Source of the DNA: Candidatus Caldarchaeum sp.
GTDB lineage: Archaea; Thermoproteota; Nitrososphaeria_A; Caldarchaeales; Caldarchaeaceae
Reading direction: 5' to 3'
NCBI GenBank assembly: GCA_038890155.1
Contig: JAWAFZ010000001.1
Coordinates: 1,189 to 65,188, forward strand
Length of the DNA stretch: 64,000 bases
A program made the translations under genes and the position numbers. The notes below the pieces were generated by a model, which saw only the letters and a program-made list of their open reading frames with translations, did not search any database and was not told the DNA's origin. Shown here one piece after another: positions 29,203 to 39,019 of this stretch; position 1 is the stretch's first letter, and every line of letters starts with the position of its first letter.

Positions 29203-30339
29203 GTGAGCGTTTCGGGAGTCTACAAAGGGTTGGACAATTTACCCATCAAGGAGACTGTCATCTCTACTATTGACGGTGAGAGGGGAAAGCTTTACTACGT
29301 CGGGTATTCTGTCGAGGAGCTCGCGGAGAAATCCACGTATGAAGAGGTTTGTTTCCTCCTTCTGAACCACAGGCTTCCTTCGAGGTCGGAGCTGGCTGAT
29401 TTCACCAGCAAGCTTGTCGAAGAGAGGAGACTGCACCCCGAAGTATGGGAGGTGTTGAGGAGATTGCCGGCAGAAGCCTCGTTGATGAACAAGCTAAAGC
29501 TCGGCGTTGACCTGATTGCGCTCTACGACGAGGAAGCAGAAAACGTCGACAAGAATTCAAGGATGAGGACGGCCGTGCGGATAATATCTAAGATAGCAAC
29601 TCTAGCCACGGGCCTTTACCGCCTCAGCATGGGTCTTGAGCCAGTTGAACCCGACCCACGGCTACCGCATTCATCGAACTTCCTCTACATGGCTACTGGA
29701 AGAAAACCCGGCAGCCTAGAATCCAAGATAATGGATGTCGCCTTCATCCTCCACGCAGAGCATGAGCTGCCAGCCTCCTCGACAGCCGCCCTTGTCGTAG
29801 CCTCAACGCTGTCCGACCTCTACTCGGCGGTGTCTGCTGGAATAGGTGCTTTGAAGGGCCCTCTGCACGGGGGAGCTAACGAGCGTGCTTTGGAGATGCT
29901 GATGTCGATCAAATCGCCTGAGGAAGCTCAGCAGTATGTTTTGAGGGAGCTCGGGTCTAAGAGGAAGATTATGGGTTTCGGCCACCGCGTCTACAAGACG
30001 TTCGACCCGAGGGCGGTTATCTTCAAGTCTTATTTGGAGAAGCTCTCCGAGGTCAAGGGAGATAGGAGGCTTCTGGAGATAGCTAACAGGGTAGAGGACG
30101 TGATGATAAAGGAGCTGGGCTCTAAGATGATATTTCCAAACATAGACCTCTACTCTGGCCCGGTCTTCACACTCCTCGGGCTTGAAAAAGAGTTATTCAC
30201 TCCCATATTCGCAGCTGCAAGGTCCGTGGGATGGATCGCTCACGTTCTCGAGTACTGGGAGGACAACAGGCTTATCAGGCCACGAGCGGTTTACGTAGGG
30301 CCCGAACCTAGGAAATACGTTTCCATCGACGAACGATAG
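29203..30339 (+). CDS. citrate synthase (or 2-methylcitrate synthase)
   Basis: Motif GPLHGGANE and the His…Asp catalytic region. At 378 aa it is a typical archaeal citrate synthase. Confidence 0.9.
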   Translation: MSVSGVYKGLDNLPIKETVISTIDGERGKLYYVGYSVEELAEKSTYEEVCFLLLNHRLPSRSELADFTSKLVEERRLHPEVWEVLRRLPAEASLMNKLKLGVDLIALYDEEAENVDKNSRMRTAVRIISKIATLATGLYRLSMGLEPVEPDPRLPHSSNFLYMATGRKPGSLESKIMDVAFILHAEHELPASSTAALVVASTLSDLYSAVSAGIGALKGPLHGGANERALEMLMSIKSPEEAQQYVLRELGSKRKIMGFGHRVYKTFDPRAVIFKSYLEKLSEVKGDRRLLEIANRVEDVMIKELGSKMIFPNIDLYSGPVFTLLGLEKELFTPIFAAARSVGWIAHVLEYWEDNRLIRPRAVYVGPEPRKYVSIDER

Positions 30340-30340
30340 G

Positions 30341-31048
30341 TTGAAGCCTTTAATCAAGCTTAGAGTAGAGAAGGCGTTCTTTCTTGAGAGGGTTAACAGG
30401 TTTTCTGTCAGGGTCAGGAGCGGGGAAAGGGTTCTGCCGCTTCATCTCACCAACACGGGTAGGCTTCACGACCTACTACGCCGCGGCATAGAAGTCGTCT
30501 ACCTGAAAAGAAGAACGGCTAAAACGGCTGGGAGGCTTGTGGGCGTTGTCGTCGCTGGCGGAGTTGCCGTCATAGATACGTGGACGCAGACATATGCTTT
30601 TGAGGAGGCGTTTCGTCAGAGGCTGATTCCATGGCTTGGAGATTTTAGGCTTAAAGGCAGAGAGGCCGTCGTGGGCGGAAGCAGGGTTGACTACGTCTTC
30701 GAAGACCCAGCTGGGGGTTCTGTGTATTTAGAGCTCAAGTCAGCTGTTTACATGAACAACTCGGGCGGAGCCATGTACCCTGACACAGTCTCCGAGCGTG
30801 GACGAAAACACATAAAGCTCATCACAGCCCTAGCCGAGAAGCATAGCGCGAAGATAGTGTTCGTGGCCGCTCACCCCCTAGCTGAGTTTTTCACTCCATG
30901 CGACGAGGCAGACCCGCTGGTCAGAAAACTTCTCATCAAGGCTGCTCACGCTGGAGTCGACGTGCGAGCGGTCAAAACCTTCATGGATTCCTCGGGAGCC
31001 GTTTACTGGAGCAGTTCAGACCTCCCCGTCGTATTAGATCCAAGCTAG
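30341..31048 (+). CDS. sfsA: sugar fermentation stimulation protein SfsA
   Basis: Motif FLERVNRFSVRV in a 235-aa SfsA-family protein. Confidence 0.75.
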   Translation: MKPLIKLRVEKAFFLERVNRFSVRVRSGERVLPLHLTNTGRLHDLLRRGIEVVYLKRRTAKTAGRLVGVVVAGGVAVIDTWTQTYAFEEAFRQRLIPWLGDFRLKGREAVVGGSRVDYVFEDPAGGSVYLELKSAVYMNNSGGAMYPDTVSERGRKHIKLITALAEKHSAKIVFVAAHPLAEFFTPCDEADPLVRKLLIKAAHAGVDVRAVKTFMDSSGAVYWSSSDLPVVLDPS

Positions 31049-31882
31049 AAGAAGAGCGGCGAACACGACTGAGAGCCACGGACTCGAGGCCTTGAATGCG
31101 TTCCACGCGTGGGCTTTAGACTGATACTTTATAGTTTTTAGGTTTTCGTGCAGAAGCCACGCTGAGGACGGAACCACTAAAGCAAGGTAGGCTAAGGGTG
31201 TTGATACGAAGGGCGTCAGCAAAAGCGCAGCCATGACGGACAGCAGGTTGGAGGCTAGGATGGCTTTCGCTGTCGGCAGAAATCCATGCTTGACAGGAAG
31301 CATCGGCAGGCCCGCCGACCTATAGTCCTCGGCGGCTCTTATTGCAAGGGCCCAAAAATGCCCCGGCGTCCAGAGGAAGACCACCAAGGCTAGCAGAGCT
31401 GGAACTACTGTGAAGTCAGCACCGGCTGCAGCCCATCCAGCCAGGGGCGAGCAGCTCCCAGCAGCGCCTCCGATGACGATGTTCCAGACAGACCTTCTCT
31501 TCAGCCATAGGGTGTAGACGAAGACGTAGACTAGGACGCCCATGAGCATAAAGGACGTCGTGAGCACGTTGATGAACAACAGCGAATAGACCGCTGAGGC
31601 TGTTGTGAGCGCTAAGCCGAAGACAAGGGCGTTGCGTGGGTTTAGACGGCCGGATGGAAGAGGTCTTCTGGATGTCCTGCCCATCTTGGAGTCGATGTCC
31701 ACGTCTAGAAAGTGGTTGATGGCGCTGGCTCCTCCGACAGAGAGATACCCTGCGACGGAAAGGTGCAGTGCTCCCTGCGGCCCTCCACCTGCGAGGAAGT
31801 AGGACACGAGCCCAGTAAGCAGGTTTAGGAAAGTTATCTTCGGCTTCGTCAGCACGGCGTAGAGTCTAATTTTTCGACTCAT
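31034..31882 (-). CDS. ctaB: protoheme IX farnesyltransferase (heme O synthase), UbiA family
   Basis: Polytopic UbiA-family membrane protein with N-terminus KPKITFLNL. Confidence 0.75.
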   Translation of the reverse strand: MSRKIRLYAVLTKPKITFLNLLTGLVSYFLAGGGPQGALHLSVAGYLSVGGASAINHFLDVDIDSKMGRTSRRPLPSGRLNPRNALVFGLALTTASAVYSLLFINVLTTSFMLMGVLVYVFVYTLWLKRRSVWNIVIGGAAGSCSPLAGWAAAGADFTVVPALLALVVFLWTPGHFWALAIRAAEDYRSAGLPMLPVKHGFLPTAKAILASNLLSVMAALLLTPFVSTPLAYLALVVPSSAWLLHENLKTIKYQSKAHAWNAFKASSPWLSVVFAALLLAWI

Positions 31883-31897
31883 GCTTCTTGCCTCTTG

Positions 31898-32761
31898 TCA
31901 GAAACGCTCAGATATAAACAGGCTGACGTAGGAAATAGCCGCCGACACCACGACAGCCCTCTCCCATGAAACTCCCTTGGAGCTCACCAACACAGCCGAG
32001 ATTGCAGCCATCTGCCACACGTGGAGCGCAAGATAGACCCAGCTGGTTATCGATGCAAACATGGCTGAAGACGCCACTCCGAACCCCGATATAATCGTGA
32101 AGTATGTTAACAGAATGTTGGACGGCGTGAGGGCTATTGGAAGGGTTAAGGCGATGGCCGATTCGCCGCCGAGCCGCAGAGAAGCCAAGAATCCGGCGGC
32201 CATTAGCAAAGCCATCAGGAGGAAGATGTTGAGCGTGGATGCTAGCAGTGCGACTTCAGGAGACGACATAGGCCTGAAATGTAGGAGGATCTGGCTGTTC
32301 GACAGCCTCCACGAAAAAACTACGTAAATGATTGATGATAGAAAAGCCACGGGTACCATAGTGGCTCTGGACATCTGGACCTTATCCAGCAGGGGGTTCA
32401 GCGTGAACATCAGAAGAAGCCTCCTAGGGCCCTGAAGCCCCCCAACGCTCGACTCGGCCAAGTAGTCCGAAACCCTCATGGACTCGACAAGCCTAAACCC
32501 CTTCTCGCTCAGCGTGTACTTCCGCTTGGAAGTCTTGACGACAAAAGGCTGCATAAACTCTAGATGATAGTAGAGAGTTCCCACGCTAATGCCCAGCAGC
32601 TGCTTAAGGTCTGTGGCTGCCATAGGTCCGTTCTCCTTCAAAAGGGTTATTATCTGCCTACGGATGGGGTTTTTTAACAAAGTATAAAAAAGCAGCTTCT
32701 CGTTTTTCGGTTCTAGGTTTTTAGACACCGTAACTAGATTCGGGTTTTCTTCCGCCGCCAT
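31898..32761 (-). CDS. ArsR-family wHTH transcriptional regulator fused to a polytopic membrane domain
   Basis: N-terminus IRRQIITLLKENGPMAATDLKQLLGISVGTLYYHL is an ArsR-type HTH. The C-terminal ~180 aa are hydrophobic helices. Confidence 0.6.
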   Translation of the reverse strand: MAAEENPNLVTVSKNLEPKNEKLLFYTLLKNPIRRQIITLLKENGPMAATDLKQLLGISVGTLYYHLEFMQPFVVKTSKRKYTLSEKGFRLVESMRVSDYLAESSVGGLQGPRRLLLMFTLNPLLDKVQMSRATMVPVAFLSSIIYVVFSWRLSNSQILLHFRPMSSPEVALLASTLNIFLLMALLMAAGFLASLRLGGESAIALTLPIALTPSNILLTYFTIISGFGVASSAMFASITSWVYLALHVWQMAAISAVLVSSKGVSWERAVVVSAAISYVSLFISERF

Positions 32762-32862
32762 AGGTCCTCTCTAACTTCGAACAGCATACCTATAAACCGT
32801 TGCTTTCTAACTAATTAGACTGTAAATCCAATAAATAACAGCCCAACGTTGAATGCAAAGAG

Positions 32863-34131
32863 TTGGCACCTCATCAACCGACAACCATGGCCGTGGCATT
32901 GATGCTGATAACCACTACGGTGCTTCTTCCCACCGCACTCTCCCAGAATGCAGACCCAAGCTTAGCTGCTAGGGTCGAAGCTGTGAAGACCCTCATCCAG
33001 AAGCTCAAATCAAGCGGCTTAGACACCCAAGTTTTCGAGAATAAAGTCTCCGAGATTGAGGTCGCTGTAAAACAGCAAGGGTCCGGCATGCTGGAGTCAG
33101 GCATTACTCTTGAGAAGATTCACCGCCAGCTAACACTGGTTTCCGCAACCCTCGAGCAAGACCGGCAGAAGGCTGTGAAGGCATACAACCTGCTGAGCCT
33201 TATCCACTACTTCAGACCAATCTCCACCGGCTTCTCCGCAGTATTACTAGACGTTTCTGAGCAGCTCGTCGAACAGGCCCTGAAAGACATTCAGGACGTG
33301 CATTCAGACTTGCTGCCGAAGGCACAGGTCCTCGTCGACAGCGTTCGGGGTGTTTTTGAAGGAAAGCCGATTAACTTGAAGGTTGTCCGTAGTGCAGACG
33401 CTGGAGGTGAAGAAACTGAGACAAGCATAGCGTCGCTGTCGACGGCGAACGAGGTTGTGAGAGTCTTCATGACCGAGGAAAGGTTCCGGTACTCCAACAA
33501 CACGGTGGTCGTTTCGAAGAACGCCTTCATAAGCCTCGGAAGCACCATCATCATACAGAAGGAGACCACGAGGAATGTTGAGCCAGCCTCGGAGAAAACC
33601 GTTCTTCTGGGCGAGAACAAAGCAATAGGTGCCGTGCTTTCGCTCAGCAGGCAGTCGAACAAACTCCAGCTCGAGAAAACAGAATACGATGTAGCCGTCC
33701 TCAGCCATTCCTTCGAACAAAACCATGTGAGGCTCGTGCTGTCCAGCACAAAAGAAACAGCTGGAAAGATTGTGATAATCGATGTAGACAAAGACTTCAT
33801 GAAAAACTATCTGCCACGAGACATCTCGATAAGGGTCGACGGCACCCCAGCCGTTCTTTCTCAAAGCATAACAGAGATCCTCACCGGAGACTCGCCGGAG
33901 CCAAAATACTTTCTAGCATTAACAGGCAGGGGTCTTCAAATCGTTTTGTACATACCCAACTGGTCGACGAAGGTCGTGATAATCGGTTCGGCTAGCTCCC
34001 TATCTTTCCAGATAGCGATACCGGGTTTTTGGAACAGGGAGTTTGAGCTGTTCACCACGACGGTCGGGTTCATACTTTTGATGACGTTCGTCTTGGTCGG
34101 CAAGGTTCTGAGAAGAACTTCGGATGAATAG
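32863..34131 (+). CDS. hypothetical exported protein with an N-terminal signal peptide and a C-terminal membrane anchor
   Basis: Signal peptide-like LMLITTTVLLPTALSQ, a helical N-domain, a beta-rich middle, and a C-terminal TM helix followed by RRTSDE. Confidence 0.5.
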   Translation: MAPHQPTTMAVALMLITTTVLLPTALSQNADPSLAARVEAVKTLIQKLKSSGLDTQVFENKVSEIEVAVKQQGSGMLESGITLEKIHRQLTLVSATLEQDRQKAVKAYNLLSLIHYFRPISTGFSAVLLDVSEQLVEQALKDIQDVHSDLLPKAQVLVDSVRGVFEGKPINLKVVRSADAGGEETETSIASLSTANEVVRVFMTEERFRYSNNTVVVSKNAFISLGSTIIIQKETTRNVEPASEKTVLLGENKAIGAVLSLSRQSNKLQLEKTEYDVAVLSHSFEQNHVRLVLSSTKETAGKIVIIDVDKDFMKNYLPRDISIRVDGTPAVLSQSITEILTGDSPEPKYFLALTGRGLQIVLYIPNWSTKVVIIGSASSLSFQIAIPGFWNREFELFTTTVGFILLMTFVLVGKVLRRTSDE

Positions 34132-34549
34132 TAGGCATGCTGCTGAGATAGTGTTGGACAAGCCTCCTCGTGTATTTTTCCAGAGGCAACTGCAGCGACT
34201 TCCTCGGCTCGGTCCACACGTATCCATGAATCTCGCGGTAGTCAGCCCTAACATCCGTCGAAAGAGCTCTGCAGAGGACGTCAACGAAGATGAAGTGCCT
34301 ACCCTTTTTATAAAACTGGTCGGGGTTGCAGACCTCTTGGAAAGCCATAACTCTCTCAGGTTTGACTTTGATGCCGACCTCCTCCCTCGCCTCTCTCACA
34401 ACGGCGTCGAAGATTTTCTCTCCATAATTTACGTGTCCCCCGGGTATTGAATAGAGGTAGCCCCACTTATGGCTCACCACGAGCAAGAGGTTGTCCCTGC
34501 GGTCTAGTATGAATGCCCCGACTGTAAGCTCGGGATTTTTTTGCATCAA
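34070..34549 (-). CDS. NUDIX hydrolase
   Basis: NUDIX box GGHVNYGEKIFDAVVREAREEVGI. Confidence 0.8.
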   Translation of the reverse strand: MMQKNPELTVGAFILDRRDNLLLVVSHKWGYLYSIPGGHVNYGEKIFDAVVREAREEVGIKVKPERVMAFQEVCNPDQFYKKGRHFIFVDVLCRALSTDVRADYREIHGYVWTEPRKSLQLPLEKYTRRLVQHYLSSMPTIHPKFFSEPCRPRRTSSKV

Positions 34550-36873
34550 GTTTTCAGCCTGTGCATGGCTTTCAAGTCCTTCTCGAAAAGCTTAAGCTCA
34601 GCAGGCAGAGTCATCTCAACTTCATCCTTCAGCGATATTCCAAGGCTTTTCTTGAACGACCAAACCATGGAGTTGAACTCTATTATCTTGGATGTGTAGG
34701 CGGCGTAGTCTTTGCTCCAAACTGGCTTTGGAAACTTCTCAAGATGAATGCTTTTGCTGCCGTATAGCTTTGTCCAGAGGTAGTCGGTTATGAAGGGAGT
34801 GATGGGAGCGAGCAGTAGGAGCACGTTTTTGAATACTGCGTGCAGAGTGTAGAGAGCTGCCTTCCTCTCCTCCTCGTCGAAGCCGTCCCCATAGGCTCTA
34901 GGCTTGACCATCTCGACGTAGTGTGGTGCGTAGATGTTCCATACAAACCTCCTGACCTCGTTGGCTGGGATGAAGAAGTTGAACTCTCTGTATCCTTGGA
35001 GGCAGACTTCGATTGTGCGGGACAGCTCGGAAAGTATCCATCGGTCTGAAGGCTGCGGAGCTGCTCTCTTAGGTACAGGGAACATCGACACATACCGTCC
35101 TAGGTTCCAGAGCTTTGAAAGAAACTTTCCAGCTCCAGCGATCCTTGCCTCCGATATCCTAAAGTCTTCCCCCAAGCTTGCCTCTTGAGCGCTCCAGAAC
35201 CTGAAGCAGTCCGCCCCGTACTTTTCGAGGATAGGAACCGGGTCTATTACGTTGCCACGGCTTTTGCTCATCTTCTCCCCGTGTTCGTCTAGGCCAAGAC
35301 CTCCAAGCCAGACCTTCCTGAAGGGCTCTTTCCCGGTCAACAGATAGCAGCGTAGAACAGTGTAGAAAAGCCACGTCCTCACGATGTCCTTTCCCTGAGG
35401 CCTTATCGTAGCCGGATAAAGATTCCAGGAGATCTTTCCTGTTTCCCTGTCGCTTATTATGAACAACGGGGTGATGCTCGAGTCCATCCAAGTGTCAAAC
35501 GTTCTCTCGTCTCCGACAAACTGCGTCGAACCGCACTTAGAGCAAGCCTTGACTGGAGGATTCTCCTTCCAAGGCCTGTGATAGTTCCCGTCGTCGGCAA
35601 CGTATGTCTCTCCACATCCCTTGCAGTACCAGACAGGTATCTCAGTAGCGTAGACCCTCCTCCTAGATATAGGCCAGTCGATGGTAAGGGAGTTTATCCA
35701 GTTAATCAACAGCTGCCTAGAAGGCTCTGGATGAAACTCCATTTTGTAGGCTAGTCTCTTCAGCTCCTCGACGTAGTCGAGCTGCTTCAGGTAGTATTCT
35801 TCCATTGGGATGATCTCTATCGGGGTCTTGCTTCTTTCGCAGACAGGCGTCATGTGAGTTATGTTCTCGGACTTTACTAACCGCTTCAGTTCAGCGAGTT
35901 TATCAACCATTCTCTCCCGGGCTTCCTCCACCTTCAACCCAGCCAGAAAACCAGCGTTCTCGTTCATCCTACCATCTAGGTTCATGACTATGCGTTCAGG
36001 CAGCTTCAGCTCTCTGAAGAGACGTACATCCGTGTAGTCGCCGTAGCTGCAAACCATCAACGCACCGGAACCGTAGTCAGGCTTCGCCTCAGGACGTGGT
36101 ATGATTTCAACGGCATCACCGAAGACCGGTGTTATGGCTTTAGCTCCGTGCAGGCCTTTGTATCTCTCGTCTGCAGGGTTGACTATCACGGCCCTACAGG
36201 CAGGTATGAGCTCCGGCCTTGTAGTGGCTATGGTTATATCTCCGCCCTCAGCGAGGTTGAACTTGATGTAGTGCAGTTTTGAGGGCATCGGCTCGTGGTC
36301 CACCTCCGCGTCAGCTATCGTGGTTCCGCAGACGTGGCAATAGTTGTTCGGCCTAGTGGCTCTGTATATCATCCCTCTCTTCCATAGCTTCACGAACGTA
36401 GCTTGAGTCAGACGCCTATACTCAGGCGAGTCAGTCCTGTACCTGTTTTTAAAATCACCGCTCAACCCCATCCTTCTCATGATTGAAATCATCTCCTCCT
36501 CAAGCTCATCCAAAGAGGTTGAGCAGAGCTCGATGAATTTCTCACGCGGCGTCTTGTGTATGGAGATGCCGTACCTTTTCTCGGTGTACATCTCCACAGG
36601 CAACCCGTTCCGGTCTATACCTATGGGGAAAAGGGTCATGTACCCCGTCATCCTAGCGGTTCGAGCTATCATGTCTATCTGGCTGTACTGGGCTGCTGCA
36701 CCTATGTGCCAAGGCCGTCCCGACGGGTAAGGCGGAGGAGTGTCGATGATGAACTTCTTCTTGCGAGACCTTCTGCTGAAGGCGTAAATGTCTTCTCTCT
36801 CCCAGCGTTCAAAGACCTCCTTCTCCAACGCCGGGCTCCAGTTCTTTTCCTGAATGGTGGGATTAAGGGGCAT
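34546..36873 (-). CDS. valS: valyl-tRNA synthetase (class I aaRS)
   Basis: 775 aa. N-terminus IIDTPPPYPSG…IARTARMTGY…GIDRNGLPVE matches the crenarchaeal ValRS pattern, with KMSKS motif KMSKSRGN. The HIGH-region reads WHIGAA rather than LHMGHA. Confidence 0.7.
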   Translation of the reverse strand: MPLNPTIQEKNWSPALEKEVFERWEREDIYAFSRRSRKKKFIIDTPPPYPSGRPWHIGAAAQYSQIDMIARTARMTGYMTLFPIGIDRNGLPVEMYTEKRYGISIHKTPREKFIELCSTSLDELEEEMISIMRRMGLSGDFKNRYRTDSPEYRRLTQATFVKLWKRGMIYRATRPNNYCHVCGTTIADAEVDHEPMPSKLHYIKFNLAEGGDITIATTRPELIPACRAVIVNPADERYKGLHGAKAITPVFGDAVEIIPRPEAKPDYGSGALMVCSYGDYTDVRLFRELKLPERIVMNLDGRMNENAGFLAGLKVEEARERMVDKLAELKRLVKSENITHMTPVCERSKTPIEIIPMEEYYLKQLDYVEELKRLAYKMEFHPEPSRQLLINWINSLTIDWPISRRRVYATEIPVWYCKGCGETYVADDGNYHRPWKENPPVKACSKCGSTQFVGDERTFDTWMDSSITPLFIISDRETGKISWNLYPATIRPQGKDIVRTWLFYTVLRCYLLTGKEPFRKVWLGGLGLDEHGEKMSKSRGNVIDPVPILEKYGADCFRFWSAQEASLGEDFRISEARIAGAGKFLSKLWNLGRYVSMFPVPKRAAPQPSDRWILSELSRTIEVCLQGYREFNFFIPANEVRRFVWNIYAPHYVEMVKPRAYGDGFDEEERKAALYTLHAVFKNVLLLLAPITPFITDYLWTKLYGSKSIHLEKFPKPVWSKDYAAYTSKIIEFNSMVWSFKKSLGISLKDEVEMTLPAELKLFEKDLKAMHRLKT

Positions 36874-36984
36874 GGTTCCTGAATCTTGATAACGTGAATT
36901 TAAGGGATTTTACCTCCCAGCCTTACCGGGAAAATAGATAGCTTCCAGCAGGGTTCTATAACGGCGTCTTCAGCCTGCTGCGAC

Positions 36985-37305
36985 CTAGACAAACCCTAAA
37001 GCCGCTTTGGCGTCCTCGCTCATTCTGTCAGGCGTCCACGGCGGGTCGAAAACCAGCTCGACGTCGACACGCTCGACTCCCTCAACCAAGGTGGTGACGG
37101 CCTCCTTCACCTGCTCAGCCACGAAAGCACCTACTGGACAACCAGGAGCGGTCAACGTCATCCTCACGTAGACAGTCTTATCGTCGACTATTTTGACGTC
37201 GTATACGAGCCCAAGGTCGACTATGTTAACGGGGATCTCCGGGTCGTAGCAGTTTTTCAGCGCCTCCATCACTTGCTCAACTGTAGCCATCGCTAAATCT
37301 AACAT
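36985..37305 (-). CDS. DUF59/MIP18-family Fe-S cluster assembly protein
   Basis: Motif DPEIPVNIVDLGLVY…TLTAPGCP. Confidence 0.8.
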   Translation of the reverse strand: MLDLAMATVEQVMEALKNCYDPEIPVNIVDLGLVYDVKIVDDKTVYVRMTLTAPGCPVGAFVAEQVKEAVTTLVEGVERVDVELVFDPPWTPDRMSEDAKAALGFV

Positions 37306-37378
37306 AGCAGGGCAATATAAACATACGTTTGTGTAAACCTGCAGACATAAAGCTGAGCTTCTCGCCTTTTTAGATGGT

Positions 37379-37885
37379 TTGAAGGCCTGTGTTCTGGTGG
37401 GGCCAGAGTTCGAGGACCTCGAGCTGTTTTACCCCGTCATACGGCTGAGGGAGGAAGGTTTCGACGTGGACCTCGTCGGGCCAGAAAAGTCTTCTTACAA
37501 GGGGAAGCACGGCATACCCGCTTCAGCTGACAAAAGGATAGAGGACGCCAACCCCAACGAGTATGATTTACTGATAATTCCAGGCGGATGGGCTCCGGAC
37601 AGGCTGAGGAGGAATGCCAGAGTCGTCGAGTTCGTCAGAGAATTCTTCAACTCAGGTAAGCCCGTTGCAGCAATATGCCACGGTCCTCAACTCCTGATAT
37701 CGGCTAAAGTAATTAAAGGCTTCAAGCTAACGTGTTCGCCCGCTGTCAAGGACGATGTGGAGAACGCCGGCGCCCTCTACGAGGACAAGCCAGTCGTCGA
37801 GGACCGCAACTTGATAACTTCCCGTGGTCCAGCAGACCTGCATCTGTTCATGAGGAAAGTGGTCGAGAAGGTGTTCTCTCGATGA
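37379..37885 (+). CDS. pfpI: DJ-1/PfpI-family intracellular protease/deglycase
   Basis: Nucleophile-elbow motif AAICHGPQLL in a 168-aa DJ-1/PfpI fold. Confidence 0.85.
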   Translation: MKACVLVGPEFEDLELFYPVIRLREEGFDVDLVGPEKSSYKGKHGIPASADKRIEDANPNEYDLLIIPGGWAPDRLRRNARVVEFVREFFNSGKPVAAICHGPQLLISAKVIKGFKLTCSPAVKDDVENAGALYEDKPVVEDRNLITSRGPADLHLFMRKVVEKVFSR

Positions 37886-39019
37886 GAAAGTTGACGATAG
37901 AGGAGCGGTACGACTTGGGCGAGCTCGTTACTTTCAAACTCAACAAGCACAAGCCCAGGCATCGATGGTTTTTTCTTCAAGGAAGGTTTCTCGAGCAGGT
38001 TCGTTGAGATCACGCTCTCAAGCCATGGGGCTGGTAGGAACCACGTGGTCCTCGACCCCTTCGCCGGCGTGGGCACTACACCTCTTACCTGCCGTGAGAT
38101 GGGGGTTCCGTCGATAGGCGTTGAAATTTCACCTCTCTTCCAGTTCATAGCAGACGTGAAGCTTCAAGACTACGACGTCGACGTACTCAGGCGTCGCAGG
38201 GACGAGGTAATGTCGGTTAAATTCATAAAAACGGAGTACAGAGCCAGCCCGTTCATCCGAAAGCTCTATCCCAAGCCTGTCTTAGAAGACGTCTTCTTCT
38301 TCAAAAAAGTTTTAGAAGACATGCCGGACGACAAGTACCGTAGGTTTGTGAAGCTGGCTCTCATCGTAGCCGCTGAAAAATCCTCCTACATTTACCGAGA
38401 TGGCAGCGTAGTAAAGGCCGTGAAGAATAAGCCGAGAATACCCTCTCTGCGAAAAGCACTCCGACGTGTGTTGAGCATGATGATAAAGGACGTTGAAAAA
38501 TCCTTGCTGGAAAACGTCGAGTCAAATGTTGTCCTTGGGGACGCGCGACGCCTAGACTTTATACAGGACGAGTCCATCGACTTGGTGATTACCTCTCCTC
38601 CTTACTTGAACAAGATCGAGTACACGGAGTGCTACTGGCCCGAGTACGAGCTCTTCTTTCCCAACGAACCGCATTCCTCTCTCAGGTCTTACATCGGCGT
38701 AAGGTTTGAAGGCTTGGAATTCTCCCGCTACTCCGGGGAAGTTCCTCCAGCCGCTCATCTCTACTTCGAGGACATGGGCATGGCTTTGAGAGAGCTTTAC
38801 CGTGTTCTCAAGTACGGGGGAAGAGCTGTGGTCGTGGTTGGTGGTGGTGTTTTCCCCCAGCAGGTTATTGAGACCGACGTCGAGCTGGCCGCCCTAGCTG
38901 ATGAGACAGGTTTTACAGTCGACAGGATCATAGCAGTGAACAAGAGAGCTGCAACCACGCGGAGGGTTGTCAAGATAGGGGAGACTCGAGAAAGCATCAT
39001 CTACCTTAGCAAACTTTAA
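37882..39019 (+). CDS. N4-cytosine/N6-adenine-type DNA methyltransferase with an apparent +1 frameshift at a T6 tract (37969-37974). It is intact from 38045 onward.
   Basis: ATG at 37882 overlaps the pfpI stop (ATGA). Frame 1 gives MRKLTIEERYDLGELVTFKLNKHKPRHRWFF, then frame 2 continues FFKEGFSSRFVEITLSSHGAGRNHVVLDPFAGVGTT (motif I). SIGVEISPLF follows, then motif IV SIDLVITSPPY at about 38594, and the post-motif-IV region YRVLKYGGRAVVVVGG. Confidence 0.6.

Noticed and set aside
33291-33864. Two minus-strand ORFs (169 and 186 aa) inside the exported-protein gene
   Set aside because: They are antisense shadows of a long plus-strand gene and mutually overlapping. The plus-strand frame has the signal peptide and consistent composition.
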